Below the pieces are notes generated by a model. The model was not told the DNA's origin and made no database searches. It worked only from the letters and a program-made list of their open reading frames with translations. A stretch of 64,000 nt of DNA. Origin: Eledone cirrhosa (Eukaryota). Position numbers and translations under genes: made by a program. The DNA lies in assembly GCA_964016885.1 (NCBI GenBank), contig OZ024747.1, positions 20,522,001 to 20,586,000 on the forward strand, in the 5' to 3' direction. Below are positions 40,844-54,859 of the stretch, piece after piece (within the stretch, counting starts at the first letter, position 1; every line of letters begins with the position of its first letter).

Positions 40844-41544
40844 CTATTCTCAGCTGAGTCTCCAGGCAATGCGCGGACACTGGCGGCTCATATAAAAATA
40901 ATAATAATTCGGTAGAAAGAACAGCTGGCGAGGACTGGATTCCATGTACTGAAATTCTCACTGCTTCTAGTCAAATGGCCGATTCTAAAGAATCAATCAC
41001 GTGACACAGAGGCTAGTTAGAAGGAATGGGATGGTAAGATAACTGACGCCTACTAAAAAATTTAGAAGTGGTTTTGGCAGGTTTGCTCGACAAATCAGTG
41101 ATTTGAATTTTTTAAAAAATATTTTCTTCTCTTACGTCTTTTATATTATTGTTCTGCACCCTCCTGCATTGAACCACCTAGGTACTATGACATAACCTGT
41201 GTATTTGCTGACATGGACGTGCATCTGTGCGCCTATGTTAGTTGATATATTAAATTATCTATATTTATCTCCAAATCACTGATTTGTCGAGCAAACCTGC
41301 CAAAACCACTTCTAAATTTTTTTTTGGGGTGTTAGTAGGCGTCAGTTATCTTACCATCCCATTCCTTCTAACTAGCCTCTGTGTCACGTGATTGATTCTT
41401 TAGAATCGGCCATTTGACTAGAAGCAGTGAGAATTTCAGTACATGGAATCCAGTCCTCGCCAGCTGTTCTTTCTACCGAATTATTATTATTTTTATATGA
41501 GCCGCCAGTGTCCGCGCATTGCCTGGAGACTCAGCTGAGAATAG

Positions 41545-41626
41545 ACTCCCTGATGACGCAATGAATTCTCGACAGTTGGATTATGTAACTGTCTTTATCC
41601 CATTGCAGAAACTAATTAGTTGGAGT
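41545..41626 (+). ncRNA. Type I hammerhead ribozyme
   Basis: ACTCC-CTGATGA-cGCAATG..GACAGTT-ggattatgt-AACTGTC..CATTGCa-GAAA-CTAATTAG-TT^-GGAGT; palindrome AACTAATTAGTT. The first stem II pair is a C.A mismatch. Confidence 0.8.
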
Positions 41627-41823
41627 GAAAATTTAAGTAGGTAAGTAAAAAATTTTTTAAAAATTTTTAAAAAATTTTTTTAAAAATATTTTCTTATCTT
41701 ACGTCTTTTATATTATTGTTCTGCACCCTCCTGCATTGAACCACCTAGGCACTATGACATTACCTGTGTATTTGCTGGCATGGACGTGCATCTGTGCGCC
41801 TATGTTAGTTGATATATTAAATT

Positions 41824-41921
<98 letters not shown>

Positions 41922-42123
41922 CTTTATATGTAATAATCTCCCGTTAGGTTGAGATACAAGTTTGGCTGTATTGTGCTGTGCTTTCTAGCAAAAAGCCACC
42001 AGCCGTAAGCAACTAGCCACACTCCTTCCAACCTGACTGCTGCTACGTCACGATTCTTAGCCATTTTTTAATGTATTCTTGGCGCGATCACTTTGAAAAA
42101 TTTATTGTCTGGATTTGAGCAAA

Positions 42124-42196
42124 CTCCTGAAGAGTCCGGTGCTCGAGTTTCCGAAGTTATTGGAAATCTCAAAATGCGGACGAAACCATGGTCGAG
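42124..42196 (+). ncRNA. Type I hammerhead ribozyme (canonical GUC site)
   Basis: CTC-CTGAAGA-GTCCG-(..gagtttcc-gaagttatt-ggaaatctc..)-CGGAC-GAAA-CCATG-GTC^-GAG; palindrome ACCATGGT. Confidence 0.88.
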
Positions 42197-42465
42197 GTAA
42201 ATAAATATATTCTCTTTTCTCCTAGTTTATTTTACACCTAATTCTGTTTAATTGACTGTATATCTGGGCGATTACGCTGTCGAAGTATTCGATAAATATT
42301 CCGTCGCAGCCGACGCGAAGGGCTAGTTTCGGTTATTTGTTGGAGATTTCTTCATAGAAGCCTTATTCTTATAGCCTGGTCTATTCGATTTTTTTATATG
42401 GTTAATTATGCTAATTGGGAGAGGAAATGGTATATATAATATCTGGTGATTCTATAGACATGTTT

Positions 42466-42545
<80 letters not shown>

Positions 42546-42857
42546 ATATACGCACACACTCAAACGCACCAGTGCACACACATATGTTTACGCGTACAAA
42601 CAGAGATATGATCGAATAAATGAGACGTTTGTTTAACAATTATAAGTCTCTGGGTTCGGTGCTACGATATGGTATCTTGGACAAGTGTCTCTTAACATAG
42701 TTTCCAGTCGACACGAAACTTGAAAGAGGAATTAGGTATACTAAAACTGAATAGAAGTCTGATTGGTGAATTATATCAATAATAATATCCTTGTTTGATA
42801 TACAAAAAGACACTTGGAATCATAGTGAGAATTATCTTATGAATACATATATCTCTC

Positions 42858-42888
<31 letters not shown>

Positions 42889-42891
42889 ATA

Positions 42892-42980
<89 letters not shown>

Positions 42981-43110
42981 ATATATATATATACAGAGAG
43001 AGAGGGGGGGGATAGAGAGAAAGTGAGAGACAGTTAGTCCTCTTATTTTGGAATGATTTCTCAACTTACTAGGATGTAACCACCCGGCTTTTTCCACATA
43101 TACTGTAGAT

Positions 43111-43173
<63 letters not shown>

Positions 43174-43188
43174 CGTTCGTGCGTTCGC

Positions 43189-43255
<67 letters not shown>

Positions 43256-43851
43256 TGTGAACATATATATTGATATGTAGATAGATTATACATATATGTA
43301 TACGCATATGTATACATGTGTATTTATGTTTATAAATATACATATACTCACACTTATATATATGTGTGTGTATGATAGATAGATAGATAGATAGATAGGT
43401 GAGTGTGTGTTTATGGGCGTAGAGATATTGTTTAGATTTTGTGTTGAGGAAAGTAGGTAATTTATTACATTTATATTTTTTTCATTAAAATTGCAAAAAT
43501 GAATAATGACAAGATTAAGCTGTTTTGTATGTACTGAAAGAGCAATTTCGCTAGCTAATAGCTCTTGAAATATATACTAAGTAAATTGATTTCATGGTTA
43601 TTTGTTTTTAAAGTTTTATGAACATTTTTTTATTAAACTAGTAAGACCCTTGGAAATTCAAAGTCTCATAAACTGTCCGCTTTTTGTATTAATTCATACA
43701 TTTATATATCATCTAAACAATGCTTAGATATATGAAAAATGTGGATTACGTTCGCGATTCTGTTCTGTAATTAAAATTGTTTAACAGTATTGCCAATACT
43801 GGAATTGAACCATCAAGACCGTTGAGGTATGTCATACATCAATTCATGTAT

Positions 43852-43911
43852 TTTATCTGACGAGGACGTTCTGAAAAAAAAGCTCAGTATCTTCTAAATA
43901 TATGTAATAAA
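43852..43911 (+). ncRNA. Hammerhead with damaged core (GAAA to UAAA), same family as 33265-33317
   Basis: TTTAT-CTGACGA-GGA..CTGA..TCAG..TTC-TAAA-TATATG-TA^-ATAAA. Upstream ggtatgtcat is shared with the 33.3 kb copy. Confidence 0.6.
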
Positions 43912-44079
43912 CACATATTTTGATTATGTGAATGTCTTCATTTATTAATATTCTGAATAATAATATATATATATATGTGTGTGTGAGGGGGGGGACTATT
44001 TAAAATGTATACACTCAGCGCGTTTTCTATATAACTCATGCTGCTAACATATGATGCATGCTTGCTTACTAATAACAAG

Positions 44080-44195
<116 letters not shown>

Positions 44196-44232
44196 TATTA
44201 ATACATGGAAACTAAATTTATAAAACCATATT

Positions 44233-44293
44233 TATTTTATTATATATATTTCAAGGGTACCAAAGTTTTGGTACGCTCTCATCAGATAAAATA
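44233..44293 (-). ncRNA. Type I hammerhead ribozyme
   Basis: Minus strand: TATTTTAT-CTGATGA-GAG-C-GTACCAA-aact-TTGGTAC-C-CTT-GAAA-TATATA-TA^-ATAAAATA. Confidence 0.9.
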
Positions 44294-44391
44294 CAAAAAT
44301 TGTTTTATAAATATTGACATATCAAAAAACAAGAACTTATCGTTTTAAGTTCATTTTGGATATGTCAATATTTATGAAACAGTTTTTGTAG

Positions 44392-44446
44392 TTTATCTGA
44401 TGAGGGCGTACGAAAATGTTGGTACACTTGAAATATATATAATAAA
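44392..44446 (+). ncRNA. Type I hammerhead ribozyme
   Basis: TTTAT-CTGATGA-GGG-C-GTAC-gaaaatgttg-GTAC-A-CTT-GAAA-TATATA-TA^-ATAAA. Confidence 0.82.
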
Positions 44447-44580
44447 ATAAATATCGTTTTATAAAGATAGTTTCCATGTATTAATACCATTGATATTATA
44501 CTCCAGAAGAAACTTGTAGAGTGCTTCGAATCTGTTATAAATAAATTTGTTGAATAACCAACAAATTAAATATCTCTTTG

Positions 44581-44661
<81 letters not shown>

Positions 44662-44663
<2 letters not shown>

Positions 44664-45376
44664 CACCAACCGGAGGTATATGGTCTTTAAAGCGATGAAA
44701 TACCAATGATGGTTGGAAGATCACTGATGAAGGACTAACCTTATTCATATGTAACCCATTTTCAACCACGCAGCACGTTTATTCTCATATTTCACATATT
44801 TTTTCCCCCGCTGTGACCCGTCTATTTCGTTCTTACTGCATCCTCTTTCTCTGTATCTTTACCCTCTCTAACACTCACTCTCTCTGGTAGCCTCTTCCTC
44901 ATTCTTCACTCACTCTCCGTTACTACCTCTCCTCCTCCTCCTTCTTCCCGTTTGACCTGTGTCTAATTCTTTTCTTTCGCACGCTTGGTCAGGCTGGTTC
45001 ACTTTTTTTCTCTCTCTCGTCTACGATTTCACAGAACTTATGTTCACCGAATTCACAGACTAGATCCCTTCTTCCTCCCGTTATACCTGTACGGAATTCC
45101 TTCCTTGCTCACATTCCAACCAGGTTTGATGGTCTTTATTCTCTCTTGTTCACGATTTCACCGAACTTATATTCATGGAAATTTGGGACTTGACTCGTTC
45201 TTCCTCACTTTTCGTTGCTTCACCATCTTTGTTTGTTTACACTCTCGCTGTTCCCTTTATTTACGTGTCCCAACGACTTTTTTTAGCCGTTGCTCGCACC
45301 AACCGGAGGTTTAAGGTCTTTAAAGCGATGAAATACCAATGATGGTTTTAAGATCACTGATGAAGGACTAATCTTA

Positions 45377-45380
<4 letters not shown>
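44662..45380 (+). mobile_element. Family G direct-repeat element in (TA)n (period ~630 bp)
   Basis: cgcaccaaccggagg...gatcactgatgaaggactaa at 44662-44745 recurs at 45295-45380; homologous to 29914-30620. Confidence 0.8.
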
Positions 45381-45458
<78 letters not shown>

Positions 45459-46846
45459 ATATTATAATCAAACATTTCTCTCTATCTCGACGTATATAGA
45501 AGAAATAATGATAAAAAGCTGATAATACGCCCAATGTTTTCATATATATTCGCATATTTACAGTGCAAAATGAAAGGAAATGAAAAGTTGATTTAAAATA
45601 TATTAATTTTCTAAGGATTTACAGGTATCAGTATCATTTCGTTTTAACCAGTTGGTTTTTTGCTCATTAAAACTGGTTTTGATGGTTAATAAGAAGACAT
45701 TTTGATTGCCTTTATTGATAATAACATAGTTTATGTGGCTTTAAAGAATTCCTGAAAATGATAATTGCATGCGGATAGGCGTTTGTGCATAAATGAGTCA
45801 GGTGAATGATTTTTGTAGGTATTCAGTACAAGTAATACATACATTAAATGGAGAGATTAATTTGTCTTTTAACGATATTCAACTGACAGAAAAGATTCGT
45901 TCACCTTATTCAAAAGACATTATAATTCTTCGTACATACTTGAATGCTTCCTTTGAGAGGTTTGTCGGTAATTGATTTTACTGAGTTGTGTGTCAGGATA
46001 ATCGCAGCTCAGAGGTTTGGCGTTAATCGGTTTGCTAAATATAGTCATTGCTTTGAAGTGTTCTGTGCTAATGGGTATTTGATAGGATATTTGACAAATT
46101 TAGATTTTACGTTGTCCTAAATATTACGAAGAAATGTTATCATGGAGCGTCAAGTATTTACCATATATGTATATTATTTACTATGGGGATAGTGAGTCTA
46201 TTGTTTCTTAGGATGCAGTATTTAATTTGAATATTCCGCCATAATTAGCCATGTTAAAATCTATAAATATTTCTGAGAACAACTTCATAATTACTCTACA
46301 CTAAATAGAGAATCTTATGCTGCAATGTGTATGTCGAAGCAGCGAAGTGGTATGACAGTTACTATTATTCAAAATAGAGAATGACTTAAGAAAATATTAA
46401 AAGATAAGATCGCGGATTGCTGTGCTTCAAATATGAAATTACAAATACTGTTAGCAACATTGGCACATTACCAGAAATTTGGATGGTGGGAAGTAGTCTA
46501 ATAGAACACAGAACATGGGTGGTTCAGGATTTTCTCAACTCCAGAAAGATGAAAGACAAAGTACGCCTAGTCGGCTAGCATTGAATTTTGAAAAGAAAAG
46601 AGCAGGAATATCACAAAGCATTTTGCATGACGCTTTGACGATTATGTCAATCCATTGTACTTGAAATGACGAATATTGAGACCTATGGTGATATGTCGTA
46701 TTCCAGCCCCATCTAACTGACAAACAGTTTGATAAAACCTGACAAACAGACTGATAAAATATTGTTTCACTTGTTGCCGATGAAAATGACGATGTTGTAT
46801 TGCAATAGAAGTAGTGTCTGATGTACCATGCATGTACATATACTCC

Positions 46847-46977
<131 letters not shown>

Positions 46978-47032
46978 AGGGATGTGTGTGTGGGAGTATA
47001 TGTACATGCATGGTACATATATATATATATAT

Positions 47033-47213
47033 AACAATGAGGGTGTGGTAAGATGCCAGGTAGACCAAAACGGTGGACAAAACTTAGGGTAGTAAAGTGG
47101 GTAATAGGAAAAGAATCAGGACGTCGACGGCTGGGCTCCGGCCGTTTCGACAGATAGATCGGAACAGTTAGGATCTAGCTGTCGAAACGGCCGGAGCTCA
47201 GCCGTCGGGGTCT
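47033..47213. mobile_element. Family F element with short palindrome of hammerhead 3' halves
   Basis: gacggctgggctccggccgtttcgacag..ctgtcgaaacggccggagctcagccgtc; tail on the left arm only. Confidence 0.75.
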
Positions 47214-47272
47214 AAATATATATATATATATATATAATATAAGATCAAAAGATGGTTAAAGGAGTTCCATAT

Positions 47273-47341
47273 ATTTTATTATGCGCATTTCAAAAACAAA
47301 CATCATCAAGCAATAATATTTGTGTTTTCATCAGATAAAAC
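47273..47341 (-). ncRNA. Type I hammerhead ribozyme
   Basis: Inverted copy of 47460-47528. Confidence 0.88.
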
Positions 47342-47459
47342 AGGAGAACATGATGTGAAGGCTAAAAAACACTTGTGGATAGTGCAGTTTTAAATCAACA
47401 TATTGATTTAAAACTGCACTATCCACAAGTGTTTTTTAGCCTTCATATCATGTTCTCCT

Positions 47460-47528
47460 GTTTTATCTGATGAAAACACAAATATTATTGCTTGATGATG
47501 TTTGTTTTTGAAATGCGCATAATAAAAT
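47460..47528 (+). ncRNA. Type I hammerhead ribozyme
   Basis: GTTTTAT-CTGATGA-AAA-C-ACAAATATTATT-gctt-GATGATGTTTGT-T-TTT-GAAA-TGCGCA-TA^-ATAAAAT. Confidence 0.88.
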
Positions 47529-47650
47529 ATATGGAACTCCTTTAACCATCTTTTGATCTTATATTATGCATACTCCAGTCCCACAAACTGTAGAGTGCTT
47601 CTTATCCGATATCTGCATTGCTTTATTGTACTACAATAAAACTCACCTCC

Positions 47651-47731
<81 letters not shown>

Positions 47732-48047
47732 GTGTGCCAGGGTCCGATAGCTGAGCTCTTGCTGTTTCCACAGCAAACAAGAGGTCAGTCGTAGAGTGTA
47801 TGTGAGTAAGTGTACCATCTGCGTAAATGTGTCTTCATATATCGGTATTGCATCAACAATTTCAGAGTGTCGATTACGTTATTTCAATTACATCGGAGTC
47901 ATATCAATGTACACCAAGGTCAACTTGTTTTTTCGTGGCATTAAGCGATTAGCTATATCCAATTGTTGTGATCGAAGACACCAACCAAATGACACTAAGA
48001 AGGTTATTTTGTTGAAAAGGTAAGTCAGCTTTAACAAGTATAACTCT

Positions 48048-48240
48048 AGGGTGGTGGATTGGCAGTATCGGTAGAGGGTCGGAAGCCATGTTTTGACGTA
48101 TCGAGTTACAGCCCTTGCCATTCTGACTTCAAATCCCGCCAAGGTTAAGTTTGCCTTTCATCCTTACGGGGTCGATAAAATAAAGTACCAGTAATGTACT
48201 GGATAATTGCTGGCCTTGTGCCAATAGTCTAAACAATTAT
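48048..48240 (+). mobile_element. tRNA-derived SINE (main family)
   Basis: Homologous to 25956-26140 over its full length. Confidence 0.9.
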
Positions 48241-50555
48241 TATATATTCAGAAACGGTCCATCTGGCAAACATCATTAATACGTTTTGGATAGTTAAGTG
48301 TTGATAAATGGATTGTCTCAGTCATTCATGACATGCTTCGGGTTATCATTAGCAAAATTAGGATTAACATCGAATATAAAGAGGGATTCAATACAGTGTT
48401 AAGAATTCACTATTGTTCTATCGCCAACTATCTTCTCTTTCTAACCGATGTTGAGGCTGTACTAGAATATACTTAAACTTTATAGAAGCCTTTTCCAGTA
48501 TAGAATTATTACGAAGAATCCCACAATTTAAGTTGAGCATAGCCACAAGTCAAATTCCATACAACTAATTAATAAAGAAGAGTACAGATTGTTCAATGCC
48601 CTGTAAGGGTTAGTAATATTGAAGATCGAGAAAGAAAGTACGTTGATATCTCTTACTGAGTATTCAGTGACATTACTGGATATATAAATGGTGCAGCGGG
48701 ATATGTGATAGATTGATAATGATTAGGACTTCGGATGTGATAAATATACTTTAGTAGTATTGGCAATAGGAGTCGATGTATTATAGTAGAATCAGTCCTG
48801 TGAACTGATCAAAGAGCGCACTCGATGTAGTAATTTCTGTTACCTAGGGAATATAATTAGAGATAAATGTTGTCTGTAAGTAATTCATGGAAAAATACAA
48901 TGGTGTCTAGAGTAAGAAGGGAGGAAAAGAAGTTCAGAGAGCTGTTATGACTACCTCTTTATCAGAACAGTCAGAGCTCCACCGAAAAAAAGAAATTCGA
49001 TTATTGGTATATGCTAGTTGCATCTATAGATTCGACAGAATCTGGAGACAAATGAGGCGGATAAGATCAGCAGTATATGTAATATCTACGTGCACAGTGG
49101 GCGGAAAACAATTAAGTGTTTAGTGTGGCATTAACGATATCAGGAACTGAAGTATATTGGTGAGAGGACTACGTAGGGACATATGATACGGTTGGATGAT
49201 GATTGATGTATCGACATCCACCAGTATATAGTTGTATACCTGGATATGATATCATAATTCAAACACGCACACACACACAGACACAGACACACAGACGCAC
49301 ACACACGCGCGCGCGCGCTTGTGAAAAGAATGGAATGGACTTGGTGAGATGGGACTTCCCTTGATTTCGATGATGAGCGTTCCCTTTCTTCATTCTACGG
49401 ACCTTGTGTAACTGAGCATTCCACAAACAGTTCTACACTTAATTCTCAGCGAGTTTCTGCATAACACATTGCGTGAAACAACTAGCCCTTGGAATTAGTA
49501 GCGCGTTTCAAATGATGAGCTTCCAATGAGTTTCCGTCCACCCAAATTTATTCCCAAGGTTTGTTCAACGCAAGGTTACGGAACATCACATTTTCCCGTG
49601 AGGTTCCGCAACGCAGCGGAAATAAACTTGGAACCATATGATTGCCAAGCAAAATTCTTAACCATTCAACCATGCTGCACACACACAAACACTGACACAT
49701 TCACTCACACACATACAAACACTCACACATAAACACCCAGACAAAAAAAAACACCTCTATAAATTATTAACTAATTAAACAGGCCTTCTAATCTCCTAGA
49801 AGGCAAGTTGACACACGTGATAACCTGGTGTGAATATTTTTAATTTTTATTTGACCCAATCAATTGAAAGTTAACCCAATACGCTCGGAGAACGTCCTAT
49901 TCCCATTAATATCTCAGAATTTAATGAATGACTACATTCATGTTGAAAATATTATTTTTAACAAAGTGGAAGTTTTCGGAACTTGATGTAAAATGGTCAG
50001 AAAATATTTTCTGTCAACCTAGTGCAAGCAAACCAACGATGTTTAGGTGCCTCAAAATATGTTTGCAATACTTTTTCCGGCTCTTTACATTCTGAGTTCA
50101 AATCCCACCGAAGTTAACTTAGCGTTTTATCCATTCGCGGTACATCAGTAAAAAAACTGAGGTCTGTGTAATCAACTTACTCCTATATTATATACCATTA
50201 GTTTTGGTTTGAAAGATAAGTCAGTGGTTTCCTATATAACATTTTAAAATAATTAGGTAGTTCTTGGAATAGGCGCTAAAACTATTTCCATATATGTGAT
50301 GTCGTTTGAGGAGAATCAGTGAAGCATCAAACTTAATGTCTTATTGTATATATAAATACCTCCTTTTGTATTTTCTTAATCTTGTACACGTTAGTATTAA
50401 CTTCCGAGTCGATTAAATAAGTAGCAGCCAAGAGCTAAAGGTAATTTAGTCGGCTGTTTAATGTAGAGACTTGCACCGCTATTAGACATTAGTTCATGCT
50501 ATGGATAATGAGACACACACACATACACACACATACATACACACTCTTTCTCTCC

Positions 50556-50597
<42 letters not shown>

Positions 50598-50661
50598 CTC
50601 TCTCTATCTCTCTCTCTCTCTCCGTCACTCTCTGCACACACGCACACACACTAACACACAG

Positions 50662-50760
<99 letters not shown>

Positions 50761-50875
50761 ATAATAATAAATTTGAAGACTAAAATCCAAAGAGGGCTCG
50801 ATAAGGATAAATATATATCAAATATATAAGAACCGTAGAGCAAATATTTATATATATACTTACACACACATATAC

Positions 50876-50962
<87 letters not shown>

Positions 50963-50964
<2 letters not shown>

Positions 50965-51156
50965 ACGAAGGAAATGTGGTAAGGAAGCAGGTGGACCATA
51001 ACGCACCAAAGTACTCAATACTTAGGGTAGTAGAGTGGGTAATAGGAACGAGTAGGACCCCGACGGCTGAGCTCAAGCCGTTTCGACGTCTAATTCTGGA
51101 CGTCCAGAATTATCCGTCGAAATGGCTTGAGCTCAGCCGTCGGGGTCCTACTCGTT

Positions 51157-51160
<4 letters not shown>
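50963..51160. mobile_element. Family F element: loopless ~120-bp palindrome of hammerhead 3' halves plus tail
   Basis: Palindrome 51042-51160 centred on ctggac|gtccag; tail 50963-51041 on the left; (TA)n flanks. Confidence 0.8.
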
Positions 51161-51252
<92 letters not shown>

Positions 51253-51567
51253 CACAGTTCAAGTGTAACCAATCTTAAAGAGAGAGATAGAGATAGTAGA
51301 GGAGATATGAGAGGAGAGATTGGTGAGTTAGTTAGAAGCCAAAGCGTAAAAGCATGTGCTCAATGTGCAATATGCAGTAGAAAGCAGCTAGGTGGCTGGG
51401 TTCAGGCAGAAGTTAGGTGCGCAGAGCTGGAAATATTCATTAGTTAAGCAAAACAAGACCACACATTTCACAAGGAAGACATTATTAAAAGATTGTCAAC
51501 ATATTTTAGTTTGATGTAAGGAATGTAGAGAATAATAATAATAATATTAATAATAATAATAATGTCC

Positions 51568-51687
51568 GTTTACAATTGTTTCGCTACTCCATATATTATT
51601 TCTGGATCAGATGACTATATAGCATAATTGATCTGGTTCAGTTGAAAATAATTAACATATTTAAAAGACAGAGCAGCTCATCGGAAC
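51568..51687 (-). ncRNA. Hammerhead variant with CCGAUGA core
   Basis: Minus strand: GTT-CCGATGA-GCTGCTC-(~80 nt)-GAGTAGC-GAAA-CAATTG-TA^-AAC. Confidence 0.65.
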
Positions 51688-52432
51688 TTCAAAGGAATAT
51701 AAAATAATGAGATAATGTTAGATAATATAATGTTCCATATATTTGTTTTTTACTACGGTGTCTTGGTTGCATCAGTTGTCAGCCATAATCAAGCAGTATT
51801 CATCTGTCGAGGCTGCATTGTGTGAGATCTGCCTATGGATAACAAGATGGCTGCCAAAGGACATATTTACCTTACTAATTAGAGGGTGGTTTCAGGGGAA
51901 GTAACTTCTCGAGAGATTAGAAACTGTAGGTGTTTATAGTTAAGTGCTAATTTTTTAATTTTTTTAATTGAGAGACAATGTGGGGAGGTAACTTATAATT
52001 ATCAAGTTGTTCATAGCAATTTAACTTATTAGCTACAAGTAAAAATGGGGCTACATGACTAAGTTGGGTCAAAAATTCTATTCGCGAAGGAATTAGCTCT
52101 TCGATGTTAACAGCTAATGGTTACCTCCGTTCTATCGTTAATCGGTAGAGGTCGTGATAGAGTTATGTAATATGCTTCGGTAATACAGAGATCACAATTT
52201 CTAATCTCTCGAGGAGTTACTTCCCCTGAAACCACCCTCTAATTAGTAAGGTAAATATGTCCTTTGGCAGCCATCTTGTTACCCATAGGCAGATCTCACA
52301 CAATGCAGCCTCGACAGATGAATACTGCTTGATAATGGCTGACAACTGATGCAACCAAGACACCATAGTAAAAACCAATATATGGAACATTATATTGTGT
52401 AACATTATCTCATTATTTTATATTCCTTTGAA

Positions 52433-52552
52433 GTTCCGATGAGCCGCTCTGTCTTTTAAATATGTTAATTATTTTCAACTGAACCAGATCAATTATGATA
52501 TATAGTCATCTCATCCAGAAATATTATATGGAGTAGCGAAACAATTGTAAAC
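52433..52552 (+). ncRNA. Hammerhead variant with CCGAUGA core
   Basis: GTT-CCGATGA-GCCGCTC-(~80 nt)-GAGTAGC-GAAA-CAATTG-TA^-AAC; palindrome ACAATTGT. Confidence 0.65.
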
Positions 52553-52674
52553 GGACATTATTATTATTAATATTATTATTATTCTCTACATTCCTTACAT
52601 CAAACTAAAATATGTTGACAATCTTTTAATAATGTCTTCCTTGTGAAATCAGTGGTCTTGTTTTCCTTAACTAA

Positions 52675-52795
<121 letters not shown>

Positions 52796-52844
52796 AAATT
52801 AATAAGTCAAATATTTAAAATTTGGCTTCGTTTATTAAAGGTGT

Positions 52845-52899
52845 ACTGCTATATATATTTCGGTGACAGCCATCATTGGCTGTGACCTCTTCAGGCAGT
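52845..52899 (-). ncRNA. Type I hammerhead ribozyme
   Basis: Inverted copy of 53020-53074 with intact core. Confidence 0.9.
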
Positions 52900-53019
52900 C
52901 CGAATTGATTCCAGTTCCTCAGAGAAATAACAACCCAACCAGGAACTGGGCATATCGAAGTATTGACGGAGTTAAACACCTCAACAACATGTGTTCCCGT
53001 CTCTACCACACCAATTCGG

Positions 53020-53074
53020 ACTGCCTGAAGAGGTCACAGCCAAAGATGGCTGTCACCGAAATATATATAGCAGT
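53020..53074 (+). ncRNA. Type I hammerhead ribozyme
   Basis: ACTGC-CTGAAGA-GGT-C-ACAGCCA-aaga-TGGCTGT-C-ACC-GAAA-TATATA-TA^-GCAGT. Confidence 0.92.
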
Positions 53075-53267
53075 ACACCTTTAATAAACGAAGCCAAATT
53101 ATGAATATTTGACTTATTTATTTTATTTTACATTACTCCGGAGTAACCAAACCAACCTGCGCACTCGTCGAGTGCTCCAATCTGCATACTAAGGTGTCGG
53201 TAAACAACCAACATATACGCAAAAATTATATATATATATATATATAAATTTAATAATATTTATATAA

Positions 53268-53308
<41 letters not shown>

Positions 53309-53311
53309 TAG

Positions 53312-53528
53312 AGTAATAATAATAAATGTGAAGACTAAAATCCGAAGAGGGTTCCATAAGGATAATATATATATAGATATATATATAAAACCATAGAGCA
53401 AATATTTATTAAAATAACAGATTAAAGTTTAAGCAAAGAATCGCTGCTGTCTCCCTTAATGGGATCTTAGTCTCAGAAGATCCCGTTAAGGGTGAAAGCA
53501 GCGATTCTTTGCTTAAACTTTAATCTGT

Positions 53529-53531
<3 letters not shown>
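53312..53531. mobile_element. Short palindromic element with one-sided tail (family H)
   Basis: Palindrome 53413-53531; the left tail 53312-53410 is homologous to 50757-50850. Confidence 0.7.
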
Positions 53532-53599
<68 letters not shown>

Positions 53600-53727
53600 A
53601 TTTAAATGGATACAGTTCAGTAATTTCTCCGGATTACTTTTGAAACTACAACTGGAACCGTCGAGCAAACCCTATGTGAGCTGTCCATCTACTGTGTATA
53701 ATATTCATATTACAACACTACGGATAA

Positions 53728-53776
<49 letters not shown>

Positions 53777-53948
53777 CAGAGATTAAGGTTCTATACAAAA
53801 CAAAGGTTATAGAGAAAATGTAGAATTGGAAACAACACGAAAAGTATATTTATAGAATTTGATTTTTTTTTTTCTTCTTTGATTTGTCAAAATGACATTT
53901 TTGAAAAAATAAGAGTAACGATTTTTAAAAAAAAGGAGTTTTATAATA

Positions 53949-53987
<39 letters not shown>

Positions 53988-54613
53988 TTGTCTGTGTGAC
54001 ATTCAATAAAATGGAAACTGAAATAAGAGATGCTGGTAAACGTTTATTCTAACCAATGATTTTCGGAATAAAGCAAAAAATATGAATAAATAAATGTTAT
54101 ATTTTGCTGCAAAAAAATATAAATACTAAAACTAACAACTGCATACACTAACAAATGCAAGACTAAAGATTCATGTGAAAAGATGCAAGCAACACAGCGA
54201 AGATACAAAATGTCTAAACTAGGTTAGACTCTATAAAATATTCAAGAAAATTCTGTAAGCATAAGTATAGATTATGAGGGTTAATATACATATTTTACAG
54301 ATGTCAAGATAAGATAGTGAAAATGAAACAGAAGATGATAAAAGGGTTTTTTTTAAGGAGCTGAGATAGTAGTTGTTAAAGGTTAGGATTCAACGAATCA
54401 CTAATGATGATTGATTACCTGGTATGATTTTCGGATCAAACTGGAATAGATTGCAAGGTACACAAACTATCTGAGGAGGTGTGAAGTAAACTGATGATAT
54501 TAATTTAATAGTTACCTAGGTGATGTTTAATGGCCGCATGCACACAACTTCATTTAAGCAGAAGTGCATGCAATGAGTATACAAACACACATACTGATAA
54601 CTGGTTTTATGTA

Positions 54614-54665
<52 letters not shown>

Positions 54666-54822
54666 CATATATAAAGAGAGAGGGTGGGATAGAGAGATAG
54701 ATATATAGATATAGATAAATATATATACATGCATATACATATATATATAATTGTTTCTACTTTAGGCACAAGGCATATATATATAATATATATATATAAT
54801 ATATATATAATATATGTGTATA

Positions 54823-54859
<37 letters not shown>

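Larger units (their letters stand above)
40687..41826. mobile_element. Palindromic PLE pseudo-LTR-type element, family D, with duplicated tail
   Basis: Arms ~40687-41103 and 41273-41710 (~420 bp) are near-perfect. 41110-41262 is a direct copy of the terminal 41675-41826. Microsatellite flanks. Confidence 0.85.
44196..44582. mobile_element. Palindromic element related to family B, in (TA)n
   Basis: Arms ~44196-44325 and 44359-44487; tail 44488-44582 on the right arm only. Confidence 0.85.
47235..47652. mobile_element. Family A element forming an almost perfect 332-bp palindrome plus tail
   Basis: Arms 47235-47398 and 47403-47566 around a 4-nt loop (cata); tail 47567-47652; (TA)n flanks. Confidence 0.9.

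Noticed and set aside
53470-53510. CAGAAGA-TCCC..GGGT-GAAA motif in the family H palindrome
   Set aside because: The core differs in both arms and there is no NUH plus stem I pairing.
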